Notes under the pieces: generated by a model
The model's database searches: none
Told to the model about the DNA's origin: nothing
What the model saw: only the letters and a program-made list of their open reading frames with translations
Assembly (NCBI GenBank): GCA_036722335.1
Contig: DAIMJI010000002.1
Coordinates: forward strand, 7,739 to 71,738
Origin: Synergistales bacterium
GTDB lineage: Bacteria; Synergistota; Synergistia; Synergistales; 79-D21
DNA: 64,000 nt
Direction: 5' to 3'
Part shown: one piece after another, positions 55,743 through 64,000 of the stretch
Layout: each line of letters starts with the position of its first letter
Numbering within the stretch: position 1 is the first letter of the stretch
Made by a program: the position numbers and the translations under genes

Positions 55743-58324
55743 CAGGCGCGCACCTCCCTTGACCGGTCTCTCAGGCGATAAAGGGTTTCCAGGGCGGCGA
55801 GCGGGGTCAGTATGTCGGGTTCAAGAGCGGCGATCTCGTCCAGCAGGGATTCCTGCTCTGAAGGGAACAGCCGAAGCTGGGCCTTCTCCTTGAGCCTGGT
55901 TTCAATGGAGTTCTCGGTGCCCTTGCTGGCTGCCCTGGTTTCAAATTCCTCGAGAAGGGATTGGGCCCTCAGGACGACAGGTTCCGGTATGCCTGCCAGC
56001 CTTGCGACCTCGATTCCGTATGAGCGGTCTGCCGGTCCCTTTTTTACCTGGTGGAGAAAACGGACTCCGGAGCTTGACTCCTCCACGGCCATGGAAAGAT
56101 TGACAATCTCCGCGAAGCGGTCCTCGAGAGCCGTAAGTTCGTGGAAATGAGTCGCGAAAAGGACCAGGGGCCTGCAGTCCTGCCGGCCGTGCAGGTGTTC
56201 GAGAACCGACCAGGCGATGCTCATGCCGTCATAGGTGGACGTTCCCCTCCCGACTTCATCAAGCACGACGAAACTGCGTTTTGTCAGGTTATTCAGGATT
56301 TGGGCGGTTTCCAGCATCTCCACCAGGAATGTGCTTCGGCCGAGCGCAAGTTCGTCATGGGCGCCGATACGGGTAAAGATACGGTCAACGACACCGATCT
56401 CCGCCTTTTCGGCCGGGACGAAGCCGCCCATTTGGGCCATGATCACGAGGAGGGCGGCCATCCGCAGGTACGTGGATTTCCCGGCCATGTTCGGACCGGT
56501 GAGGATGGCGATCCTTTTCCCGTCCCGGTCAAGTTCGACACGGTTCGGCGTGAAGGGGTCATTTCCCAGTGCAAGCTCCACGACGGGGTGTCGTCCGCCT
56601 CTGATGCTGATCCTGTTTCCTTCGTTAACTTCAGGCCTTGCATAGTTCCTTTCCCAGGCCACCTCTGCAAGGGAGCTTATGCAATCGAGGCGGGCAAGGG
56701 CTTGTCCCGTGTCCTGGATTTCTCCGGCAAAAGTCATGACCCTTTCCCTGAGAGCCTCGTAAAGCGAGGCTTCCCGGCGTTCCATTTCCTCAGAGGACTT
56801 GAGGATTTTTTCCTCGTAGGATTTGAGTTCCTCGGTCACGAACCTTTCTGCTGAAACAAGGGTTTGCCTGCGGACATAATCCGAGGGGGCTTTTTCGAGC
56901 TGCGACTTGGGGATCTCGATGTAATACCCGAACACGCGGTTGTTACCAACCTTGAGGTTTTGGATGCCCGTTCGATTACGCTCGTCGGCCATGTAGGAGT
57001 TCAGCCAGCTTCCAGCCTGGCTTGCCAGGTTCCTGAATTCGTCCAGCTCGGCATCCACCCCGCGCCTGATCACTCCGCCGTCCTTGAGGCTCCGGGGCGG
57101 GCTGTCCGCGAGGAAAAGGGAAAGGTCCCCCAGGCAATTGGAGAGGTCGGGAAGCCCTGAAATGAAAGGATCGAGGGGCGTGCCTTCCCCAAGTTCGACC
57201 AGACCGGGGATTTCGGCAAGGGTATCCCGTATGCCGGCAAGGTCAAGCGGGGACCCCAGGTTCAGGGATAGTCTTCCCACTGCTCTTTCGATGTCGCGGC
57301 AGCGCTGGAGAGCGCCTATGACCCTTGAGCGGGTCGTGGGGTCCGACTTCAGGTAGCCTACCGCTTCAAGTCGAACATTGATGGCGTCCGGGTCGAGAAG
57401 GGGCTTGGCTGTCCAGTCCCGGAGCATGCGCTTGCCCATGGGGGTCCTGCAGCGGTTAAGCGTCTCATAAAGGGAATCGGCTTCGGCTGCCAGGAGTTCA
57501 AGGTTTTTCTGGGACTGGGCGTCGATCCGGAGGTTCCGGCTTCCCTGCAGCGGGTGAAGCCTAAGGATGTGACGCGAAAGTCCGAACTGCGTTTCCTCGA
57601 AGTACCGAAGAATGGCCGCGGCAACACCTGCGGCGGGGTCTCCGTCATCGAGGCCGAACACCCTAAGGCTGGGGACGTTCCACTTTTTGCATAGCCAGGT
57701 TTCCGCATGGCGTGGATCGAAAAAGGCCTTTTCCTTTTCGGAAACGAGGCAACCCGGATGCAAAGCCTGGCGCAGAAGGTTCATGGTTCGTTCGGGGCAA
57801 GGTTTCGGGACGATGACTTCCAACGGACTGAAGGCGGCTAGAAGCCCAACGGCTCCTATCGTGTCCAGAGTTCCCGCTTCGAGAAGCCCGGATCCCGGAT
57901 GGAGGATCGCGAGCGAAATGACCCCATCCCTTTCCGCCACGGCGGCCAGCCTGCCTTCCACGGCGGCATCTTCGGGGACGTATGTCCCCGGAGTGACAAT
58001 CCTGACGACGCGTCTTTCGACCAGCGTCTTTCCGTCCGGTTCGGTCACCTGTTCGCAAATGGCCACTTTCCGCCCTGCCCTGACCAGTTTTTCCAGGTAG
58101 GGTTCGACGGCGTGGTGAGGCACCCCTGCCATGGGGATCTTTTTCTCGCTATCCCTGGCCGTGAGTGCGATGTCGAGCAACCTGGCGGCTTCCCTGGCAT
58201 CCTCGAAAAACATCTCGTAGAAGTCCCCCATCCGGAAGAAAAGGAGGCAATCCGGGTAGGCGCGCTTCCAGGTGAAATACTGCTCGAGCATCGGTGTCAT
58301 CGGCAGTTCCGGGTTATCGATCAT
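55742..58324 (-). CDS. mutS: DNA mismatch repair protein MutS
   Basis: 860 aa with the mismatch-binding FYEMF motif, Walker A GPNMAGKST and DEVGRGTST. Confidence 0.95.
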   Translation of the reverse strand: MIDNPELPMTPMLEQYFTWKRAYPDCLLFFRMGDFYEMFFEDAREAARLLDIALTARDSEKKIPMAGVPHHAVEPYLEKLVRAGRKVAICEQVTEPDGKTLVERRVVRIVTPGTYVPEDAAVEGRLAAVAERDGVISLAILHPGSGLLEAGTLDTIGAVGLLAAFSPLEVIVPKPCPERTMNLLRQALHPGCLVSEKEKAFFDPRHAETWLCKKWNVPSLRVFGLDDGDPAAGVAAAILRYFEETQFGLSRHILRLHPLQGSRNLRIDAQSQKNLELLAAEADSLYETLNRCRTPMGKRMLRDWTAKPLLDPDAINVRLEAVGYLKSDPTTRSRVIGALQRCRDIERAVGRLSLNLGSPLDLAGIRDTLAEIPGLVELGEGTPLDPFISGLPDLSNCLGDLSLFLADSPPRSLKDGGVIRRGVDAELDEFRNLASQAGSWLNSYMADERNRTGIQNLKVGNNRVFGYYIEIPKSQLEKAPSDYVRRQTLVSAERFVTEELKSYEEKILKSSEEMERREASLYEALRERVMTFAGEIQDTGQALARLDCISSLAEVAWERNYARPEVNEGNRISIRGGRHPVVELALGNDPFTPNRVELDRDGKRIAILTGPNMAGKSTYLRMAALLVIMAQMGGFVPAEKAEIGVVDRIFTRIGAHDELALGRSTFLVEMLETAQILNNLTKRSFVVLDEVGRGTSTYDGMSIAWSVLEHLHGRQDCRPLVLFATHFHELTALEDRFAEIVNLSMAVEESSSGVRFLHQVKKGPADRSYGIEVARLAGIPEPVVLRAQSLLEEFETRAASKGTENSIETRLKEKAQLRLFPSEQESLLDEIAALEPDILTPLAALETLYRLRDRSREVRA

Positions 58325-58749
58325 CGGTCTGTTGCCCTCCGCCTGTCGAGGAAGTCCTGAAGGAAAACGGCAGCCGCCACCTTGTCGACGCGGTTTCTCC
58401 TTTTTCTCGAATCCACATTGCCTTCTATCATGATCTGGTGCGCTCGTGTCGTCGTGAAGCGTTCGTCCATGAACTGGACAGGGATAGGAGCTATTTCCAG
58501 GGCAACTCTTTCCGCCATGGTCCGGATCCTTGCAGCCTCGGGTCCCTCGATTCCTGTCGTTCGGAGGGGCAGTCCCACCACGACGAGGTCAACGGGAGCG
58601 ATTTCAGCAAGGAGCTTTTTCAACTCGTCGAGCCACTCACCGTCGACGCGCCATACGGCGATCCCCTGGGCAAACAGCCCCAGGGGATCGGTAATCGCGA
58701 CACCGATTCTAACTGTTCCAAGGTCCAGGCCGACGAGTCTTCCCATCAA
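58321..58749 (-). CDS. ruvX: Holliday-junction resolvase-like nuclease RuvX/YqgF
   Basis: 142 aa with GLDLGTVRIGVA...DERFTT. Confidence 0.85.
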   Translation of the reverse strand: MMGRLVGLDLGTVRIGVAITDPLGLFAQGIAVWRVDGEWLDELKKLLAEIAPVDLVVVGLPLRTTGIEGPEAARIRTMAERVALEIAPIPVQFMDERFTTTRAHQIMIEGNVDSRKRRNRVDKVAAAVFLQDFLDRRRATDR

Positions 58750-61403
58750 TCCAGCTTGTTCTTGCCGAAGAGATCCCTGATAGCCGTCTCCACGGCTTCA
58801 AGGGCTTCCACGGCCTTTTCCGGGCTTTTCCCACCGGCCTGAGCGAGGTTTGGCCTTCCGCCGCCGGAACCGTTGACGATGGGGGCGATCGACGAGATCA
58901 AGCGTCCCGCGTGGAAGCCCTTCGCCAAGGCTTGCTCGTCACCCATGGCCATCAGGGAGACCTTTTCCCCGTCAACAGAAGCGAAAACGATGACTGCCGC
59001 CTTTAACCTGCTCTTGACCGAATCGGCAAGCTGACGGAGGAGGTCTATCCCGACTCCTTCAAAACGCCGTGTCACCAGCGAGAATTCTCCTACCTCTCGG
59101 GCCGCATCCGCGAATTCTCCGGCCTTGCACAAGAGTGCCGCGAGCCTGGCCTCCGTGGCTTCTCGCCTTGCGGAGGACAATTCGTCGAGCAGGGACGACA
59201 CGCGTTCGGGTAGCAGCTCCGTTTCATGGACCCCAAGGCTTTCCCGGATCTTTTCCATCGCGGTCTGCACCGATTTCTGTGCGAGGTAGGCCGGACGTCC
59301 GGCCTGTGCGGTTATCCTCCTGAGTCCGGACCCTATCCCTTCCTCCCGGGCGATCCTGAACAGCCCGATGTCACCCGTGGCATCGCAATGAATCCCCCCG
59401 CAAAGCTCGGTCGAAAAACCGGGAACCCGGACTACCCTGACGCGGTTTCCGTACTTTTCGGTAAAAAGAGCCTTTGCACCCATCGACTTGGCTTTTTCGA
59501 GGTCGGTCTCCAAGGTTTCTAGCGGGGTGTTGAGGAGAACCTGCTCGTTCACAATCCTTTCAACCTTGTCCAGTTCTTCGTTCGTAACCTGGGAAAAATG
59601 CGTGAAATCGAAGCGAAGGAAGTCCGGAGCGACAAGGGAGCCGGCCTGTCGTACGTGCTCCCCGAGAACGTGGACAAGCGCCTCGTGCAGGAGGTGGGTG
59701 GCGGTGTGATGCCTCCGGATGTCCCATCTGCGGTCTTCATCAACGGCAGCCTTGACCGTGTCACCTTTTCTCAGGAGTCCCTCTGTGACGCGCACCTTGA
59801 GGACGGGCAGGTCGGCCACGGGTGAGACCGTGTCCAGGACCTGCGCTTTGAGGATTTGAGATGAAAGGGTGCCTGTGTCGCCCACCTGTCCGCCTTTTTC
59901 GGCATAGAAAGGTGTCCTGTCGAGGACGACTTCCGCTTCGTCCCCCGCCTGCAACTCGTCCACCTGTTCCCCGTCAAGGACCAGGGCTAAAACCTTGGCT
60001 TCGAGGGACGTCAACGCGTATCCCTCGAACGAGGTGGAGTGGTTCGCTTTCGCAAGTTCCGTGTAAACGTTGCCCGAAAGGGTCGAACTCGCCATCTTGC
60101 TGGAAAGTCTTGCTCTTTCCCGCTGGGCCTCCATGGCGTTTTCGAAACCGGGCCTGTCGAGTGAAAAACCCGCATCCTGGCAGATTTCCTCGGTCAGTTC
60201 AAGGGGGAAACCGTAAGTGTCATAAAGCTCGAAGGCCAGGTCTCCCGGGAGGACACGCTCCCCTCTCGCCGCCAGGCTTGCGATTTCGGTTTCGATAAGG
60301 TTGGTTCCCTGTTCCAGGGTTTTGCCGAACTTCGCTTCCTCGAAGTCGAGGACTTGCCGGATCGCACCCTGCCTTTCCGGGATTTCCGAGTAATGGTTCC
60401 CCATGACTTCGATAACGGTGGGGAGCAGTCCGGAAAGGAACGGTTTCTGGAGGCCGACGAGACGGCCCCACCTGACCGCCCTTCGGAGCAGCCGCCTGAG
60501 GACATAGCCCCGCCCTTCGTTGGATGGCAGGATTCCGTCGGCGATCATGAAGGAAATGGCCCTTAGATGGTCGGAGATGACCCTGACGGCCATGTCTCCA
60601 CGGGGGTTCGAGCCGTAGGCGTGACCCGTCATCTCGCAGGCCCGGCGGATCAGGGGAAGGAAAAGATCCGTCTCGAAATCCGTTCGAACGCCCTGTACGA
60701 CCGATGTCAGCCTTTCAAGCCCCATTCCCGTATCGATGTTCTGCTTCGGCAGGGGGACGAGATTGCCTGCCTCGTCCCGGTTGTACTGCATGAAAACGAG
60801 GTTCCAGATCTCGAGGTACCGGTCGCAGTTGCACCCGACCTTGCAGTCGGGTTTTCCGCAGGAGAAGGAAGGACCCTGGTCGTATATGATCTCGGAGCAG
60901 GGGCCGCAGGGACCCACGGGGCCGACCGCCCAGAAGTTGTCATCTTCTCCCAGGCGAACGATCCGGCTTTCCGGCAAGCCGACCACCTTGTGCCAGATCT
61001 CGAAGGCCTCGTCGTCGTCCAGGTAGATCGTCGCGGTGAGCCGGTCTGGATCGAGCCCAACCGTCTCTGTGACGAATTCCCAAGCCCATGGGATGACTTC
61101 TTTCTTGAAGTAGTCTCCAAAACTGAAGTTTCCCAGCATCTCGAAAAAGGTGTGGTGCCTGGCGGTTCTCCCGACGTTTTCGATGTCGTTCGTGCGCACG
61201 CATTTCTGCGAAGTCGTCGCCCTTGAACAGGGGGGGACCTTCATTCCCAGGAAATAGGGCTTAAAGGGAACCATGCCCGCGATCGTGAACATGATCGAAG
61301 GATCCTCCGGAACCAGGGAAAAACTTGGGAAGCGCCGATGCCCCCTTTCCTCGAAAAACCTAAGGAAATTTTCTCTCAATTCGTTCCCGGTCCTGTACTG
61401 CAT
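58746..61403 (-). CDS. alaS: Alanyl-tRNA synthetase
   Basis: 885 aa with FFEMLGNFSFGDYFK, the editing-domain motif HTATHLLH...CGGIH, and a C-terminal DHHA1 domain. Confidence 0.95.
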   Translation of the reverse strand: MQYRTGNELRENFLRFFEERGHRRFPSFSLVPEDPSIMFTIAGMVPFKPYFLGMKVPPCSRATTSQKCVRTNDIENVGRTARHHTFFEMLGNFSFGDYFKKEVIPWAWEFVTETVGLDPDRLTATIYLDDDEAFEIWHKVVGLPESRIVRLGEDDNFWAVGPVGPCGPCSEIIYDQGPSFSCGKPDCKVGCNCDRYLEIWNLVFMQYNRDEAGNLVPLPKQNIDTGMGLERLTSVVQGVRTDFETDLFLPLIRRACEMTGHAYGSNPRGDMAVRVISDHLRAISFMIADGILPSNEGRGYVLRRLLRRAVRWGRLVGLQKPFLSGLLPTVIEVMGNHYSEIPERQGAIRQVLDFEEAKFGKTLEQGTNLIETEIASLAARGERVLPGDLAFELYDTYGFPLELTEEICQDAGFSLDRPGFENAMEAQRERARLSSKMASSTLSGNVYTELAKANHSTSFEGYALTSLEAKVLALVLDGEQVDELQAGDEAEVVLDRTPFYAEKGGQVGDTGTLSSQILKAQVLDTVSPVADLPVLKVRVTEGLLRKGDTVKAAVDEDRRWDIRRHHTATHLLHEALVHVLGEHVRQAGSLVAPDFLRFDFTHFSQVTNEELDKVERIVNEQVLLNTPLETLETDLEKAKSMGAKALFTEKYGNRVRVVRVPGFSTELCGGIHCDATGDIGLFRIAREEGIGSGLRRITAQAGRPAYLAQKSVQTAMEKIRESLGVHETELLPERVSSLLDELSSARREATEARLAALLCKAGEFADAAREVGEFSLVTRRFEGVGIDLLRQLADSVKSRLKAAVIVFASVDGEKVSLMAMGDEQALAKGFHAGRLISSIAPIVNGSGGGRPNLAQAGGKSPEKAVEALEAVETAIRDLFGKNKLD

Positions 61404-61455
61404 CTCTATCGCCTCCCGTGTTGCGGCTAATCTTCAATGGCAAGCCTGTCCGGAA

Positions 61456-61485
61456 ATTATATCTCCCGCTTCAGTCCTGCAACAA
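61456..61485 (-). promoter_or_regulatory. Candidate alaS promoter
   Basis: Minus strand TTGTTG (61485-61480), an 18-nt spacer, then TATAAT (61461-61456). GGGAGG SD 8 nt before the ATG at 61403. Confidence 0.35.
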
Positions 61486-62742
61486 CTCTTTCCTGCACTC
61501 GCCAGCCTTGCGAAGGATCATGGCCTTGTCCAGGTTTTCGTGCCGGTTGTCCAGGTAGATCCACCTGCCTGCGACCATTGTCCCTCTTATGTCGGAAGAG
61601 GAACCCGAATAAACGATGCTTGCGCAGAGGTTTTCCGGTGTTACGCCGACGTAATGCGGCTGGTCGAGATCGACCAGCACAAGATCGGCATCCCACCCGG
61701 GCCTCAGGAGGCCGACGCGTTCGAAACCCAATGCCTTTGCGCCGTCAAAAGTGGCCATCCGCAGCACTTCCGACGCACGGACCGTACAGGGATTGCGATG
61801 GATCCCCTTGTGCAGGAGAGAGCAGGTCCGCATTTCGTCCCAGATGTCCAGGCGGTTGTTGCTCGCCGCTCCGTCGGTCCCAAGCGCGACCCTCACTCCC
61901 CTTTCGAGGAAAGACGGCACCGGTGCGACCCCGCTCCCCAGCTTCAGGTTGCTGTTCGGATTGTGGACGATCGACATGCCCGTTCCGCGCAGTGCGTCGA
62001 CGCGATCCTCCGGGAACCAGACTCCGTGGGCCAGGATGGCGAAGGGAACCTCCGAAAGGCCGACTTCGAAGAGAAGGTCGACGGGATCCCTCTTGAGCTC
62101 GTTCCGGATGTATCCGGCTTCCCACTCCGTCTCAAGCCAGTGCGTGTGGATACCCACTCCCAGTTCGCCGGCTGTCAGCGAGATTTCCCTAAAGGCCTCA
62201 GGCGGGACCGTGTAGATCGCGTGAGGCCCAAGCTGGATATGGACAAGGCCTCCAGGTTCGTGGAATCTCTTCACAAGGTCGATTCCTTCACCGAGTTTCT
62301 GTTCGTCGGTCCCGACGAGGCCACGGCAAAGGGCACATCTCATGCCGGCCTGCTTTGCCGCCTCGGCGGCCTGATCCATGAAAAAGTACATGTCGGAGAA
62401 ACAGGTGATTCCATTGGAGGCCATTTCGATAACGGCCAGGAGGGTTCCCCAGTAGACGTGCTCCGGCTTCAGCCTGGCTTCCACGGGCCAGATTTTCTTC
62501 TGGAGCCATTCCATGAGCGGAGCCTCTTCGCCTATCCCCCTCAGGAGCGACATTGCAGAGTGGGCGTGCGCGTTGACGAGCCCCGGAAGAACGGCGATTT
62601 TTCCTTTGCCGTCAGTTTCCGCCTTTCCCTCGACGCTTCGGGGAGGCTGTATGGACTCGATTGTCGAACCGGACACGACAAGGTCGCAACGCTGGGCGTT
62701 CTCCATTGAACTGTCCAGGAGCAGGATATCCTTTAATAGCAT
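61471..62742 (-). CDS. mtaD: Amidohydrolase, MTA/SAH deaminase (MtaD)-like
   Basis: 423 aa with the HAHSAMSLLRG metal motif and overall similarity to the 5-methylthioadenosine/S-adenosylhomocysteine deaminase subgroup. Confidence 0.8.
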   Translation of the reverse strand: MLLKDILLLDSSMENAQRCDLVVSGSTIESIQPPRSVEGKAETDGKGKIAVLPGLVNAHAHSAMSLLRGIGEEAPLMEWLQKKIWPVEARLKPEHVYWGTLLAVIEMASNGITCFSDMYFFMDQAAEAAKQAGMRCALCRGLVGTDEQKLGEGIDLVKRFHEPGGLVHIQLGPHAIYTVPPEAFREISLTAGELGVGIHTHWLETEWEAGYIRNELKRDPVDLLFEVGLSEVPFAILAHGVWFPEDRVDALRGTGMSIVHNPNSNLKLGSGVAPVPSFLERGVRVALGTDGAASNNRLDIWDEMRTCSLLHKGIHRNPCTVRASEVLRMATFDGAKALGFERVGLLRPGWDADLVLVDLDQPHYVGVTPENLCASIVYSGSSSDIRGTMVAGRWIYLDNRHENLDKAMILRKAGECRKELLQD

Positions 62743-62748
62743 CCGGCA

Positions 62749-63996
62749 TCACTCCTTCCAGCTGGCGAGGTAGGCTTTCTGCTCTTCTGTCAGGATTTCG
62801 AGCTTAAGGCCGAGGGATTCAAGCTTCAACTCGGACACGGAGCGGTCAATCTCCTCCGGGACTGACAGCACGCGATTCGGGAGAGAAGGCTGCTGCAGGA
62901 GGTAAAGGCTTGAAAGAAGCTGCAGTGCGAAACTGAGGTCCATGATCTCGATCGGGTGCCCGTCCGCTGCCGCCAGGTTAACAAGGCGCCCTTCCGCGAG
63001 CAGGTGTAGCCTTCTCCCGTCCGCAAGCACGAAGCTCTCGATGTTGGTCCTCGAGGCTTCTGTCCTGGCCGCGAGTTCACCGAGGGCGGCAATGTCGATC
63101 TCGACGTTGAAGTGTCCTGCGTTGGCAAGTATGGCGCCGTCTTTCATCTTCGCGAGGTGTTCCCCGCGTATGACCCCGATGTTCCCTGTCGCGGTGACAA
63201 AGATATCACCTAAAGGAGCCGCCTCTTCCATGGAACGCACGTCCCTGCCGTCCATCAAGGCCTCCAGTGCCCGGTGGGGATCCGCTTCCACGACGGTCAC
63301 GCGGGCTCCGAGGCCGGCGGCCCTGGTGGCGATGCCTCTCCCGCACCAGCCGTAACCGGCAACCACGAAGACTTTTCCCGCAAGGAGGCCGTTTGTCGTT
63401 CTCAGCAACCCGTCCATGACCGATTGGCCGGTCCCATAGCGGTTGTCGAAAAGGAACTTGCTGTAGGCGTCGTTTACCGCGAGCATCGGGAAGCGGAGGA
63501 TTCCTTCCCTTTCCATGGCCTTCAGACGCTTGATGCCGGTCGTCGTTTCCTCGCAGCCGCCGATTATGGCGGAGGCCAGTTCAGGCATTTCCTCGTGAAC
63601 GAGGGCAACGAGGTCGGCGCCGTCATCGATCAGGATCCTGGGTGCCGCCGAGGCAGCGAGGCGGAGATTCTCGATGTATTCGGAAGAATCCATGCCCCTT
63701 CGGCTGAAAACGGTTACGCCCTCCTCAACCAGGGCGGCGCAGACATCGTCCTGGGTGGAGAGAGGGTTGCTGCCCGCGGCCGCTACCGTTGCACCCAACT
63801 CCCGTAAAGTCCTTAGGAGGCAGGCGGTCTTCGCCTCGAGGTGGAGACACGCACTGATCGTGATGCCCTTGAAGGGCATTGAAGGGGCGAGCTTGTCGCG
63901 CAAAAGGCGCAACACGGGCATTGAAGCCCAGGCCCAGCGGATTTTCCTGTGCCCCTCGGGAGCGAGTTCGGGCTTTGCGATTCGACTTCCAGGCAT
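62749..63996 (-). CDS. ahcY: Adenosylhomocysteinase-family hydrolase (short, archaeal-type)
   Basis: 415 aa with GSNPLSTQDD, the NAD-binding VAGYGWCGRG, and GHFNVEID. Confidence 0.85.
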   Translation of the reverse strand: MPGSRIAKPELAPEGHRKIRWAWASMPVLRLLRDKLAPSMPFKGITISACLHLEAKTACLLRTLRELGATVAAAGSNPLSTQDDVCAALVEEGVTVFSRRGMDSSEYIENLRLAASAAPRILIDDGADLVALVHEEMPELASAIIGGCEETTTGIKRLKAMEREGILRFPMLAVNDAYSKFLFDNRYGTGQSVMDGLLRTTNGLLAGKVFVVAGYGWCGRGIATRAAGLGARVTVVEADPHRALEALMDGRDVRSMEEAAPLGDIFVTATGNIGVIRGEHLAKMKDGAILANAGHFNVEIDIAALGELAARTEASRTNIESFVLADGRRLHLLAEGRLVNLAAADGHPIEIMDLSFALQLLSSLYLLQQPSLPNRVLSVPEEIDRSVSELKLESLGLKLEILTEEQKAYLASWKE

Positions 63997-64000
63997 GACG

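Noticed and set aside
61404-61470. T-box or other leader riboswitches upstream of the four aminoacyl-tRNA synthetase genes (alaS, serS, cysS) and of guaB.
   Set aside because: The upstream spacers are 67 nt (alaS), 3 nt (serS), 94 nt (cysS) and 53 nt (guaB). All are too short for a T-box (about 200 nt or more) or a purine riboswitch plus expression platform, and no T-box or specifier motifs were seen.
61273-62709. 478-aa plus-strand ORF antisense to mtaD and the alaS 5' end.
   Set aside because: A shadow ORF of a clearly conserved amidohydrolase gene. It has no RBS, no recognisable domains and a biased composition.

Overview
This is a 64-kb, high-GC, very gene-dense chromosomal segment with about 65 CDS and 2 tRNAs. 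Almost all of it is core housekeeping. It is transcribed mainly on the minus strand (885-31241 and 39640-63996), with two short plus-strand islands (cysS-wrbA-typA-adh, and recD2).

Recognisable blocks, in coordinate order:
- A TRAP permease fragment with a DUF1850-like gene, then tRNA-Arg(CCT).
- The Firmicutes-style rimP-nusA-ylxR-ylxQ-infB-DUF503-rbfA-nrnA-truB-ribF cluster.
- guaB, ispDF, yacL, recR, ybaB, rlmH and a DUF951 gene.
- A complete nine-gene V/A-type ATPase operon (G-I-K-E-C-F-A-B-D), preceded by a CBS-pair gene and a membrane-domain/TagA-WecG glycosyltransferase fusion.
- serS, then ribH-ribBA-ribE-ribD fused directly behind uvrC.
- cysS, wrbA, typA, an Fe-ADH, a Mut7-C nuclease and recD2.
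- sixA, a divergent cyclase-fold gene and an unknown 198-aa gene, next to tRNA-Sec (selC).
- A small sigma factor, pdp, punA, xerC/D and a NUDIX gene.
- A four-subunit 2-oxoacid:ferredoxin oxidoreductase preceded by an uncharacterised P-loop NTPase.
- fmt, def, rpsA, ispH, miaA, mutL, mutS, ruvX and alaS, then mtaD-ahcY.

Gene content (V-ATPase, KOR, TRAP-TAXI, selC, Firmicutes-like synteny) suggests an amino-acid-fermenting anaerobe of the Terrabacteria, possibly Synergistota. That is inference only.

I see no CRISPR array, transposase, prophage, integrase-flanked island or obvious defence cassette. I cannot point to a convincing new multi-gene system. The best second-look candidates are:
- the unassignable three-gene cassette next to selC;
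- the P-loop NTPase coupled to the KOR delta subunit;
- the ahcY-mtaD pair, a possible S-inosylhomocysteine route;
- the degenerate WecA-like/TagA fusion;
- a terminator-like hairpin in the rimP-nusA leader.

The many long antisense ORFs in the six-frame track are high-GC shadow ORFs.
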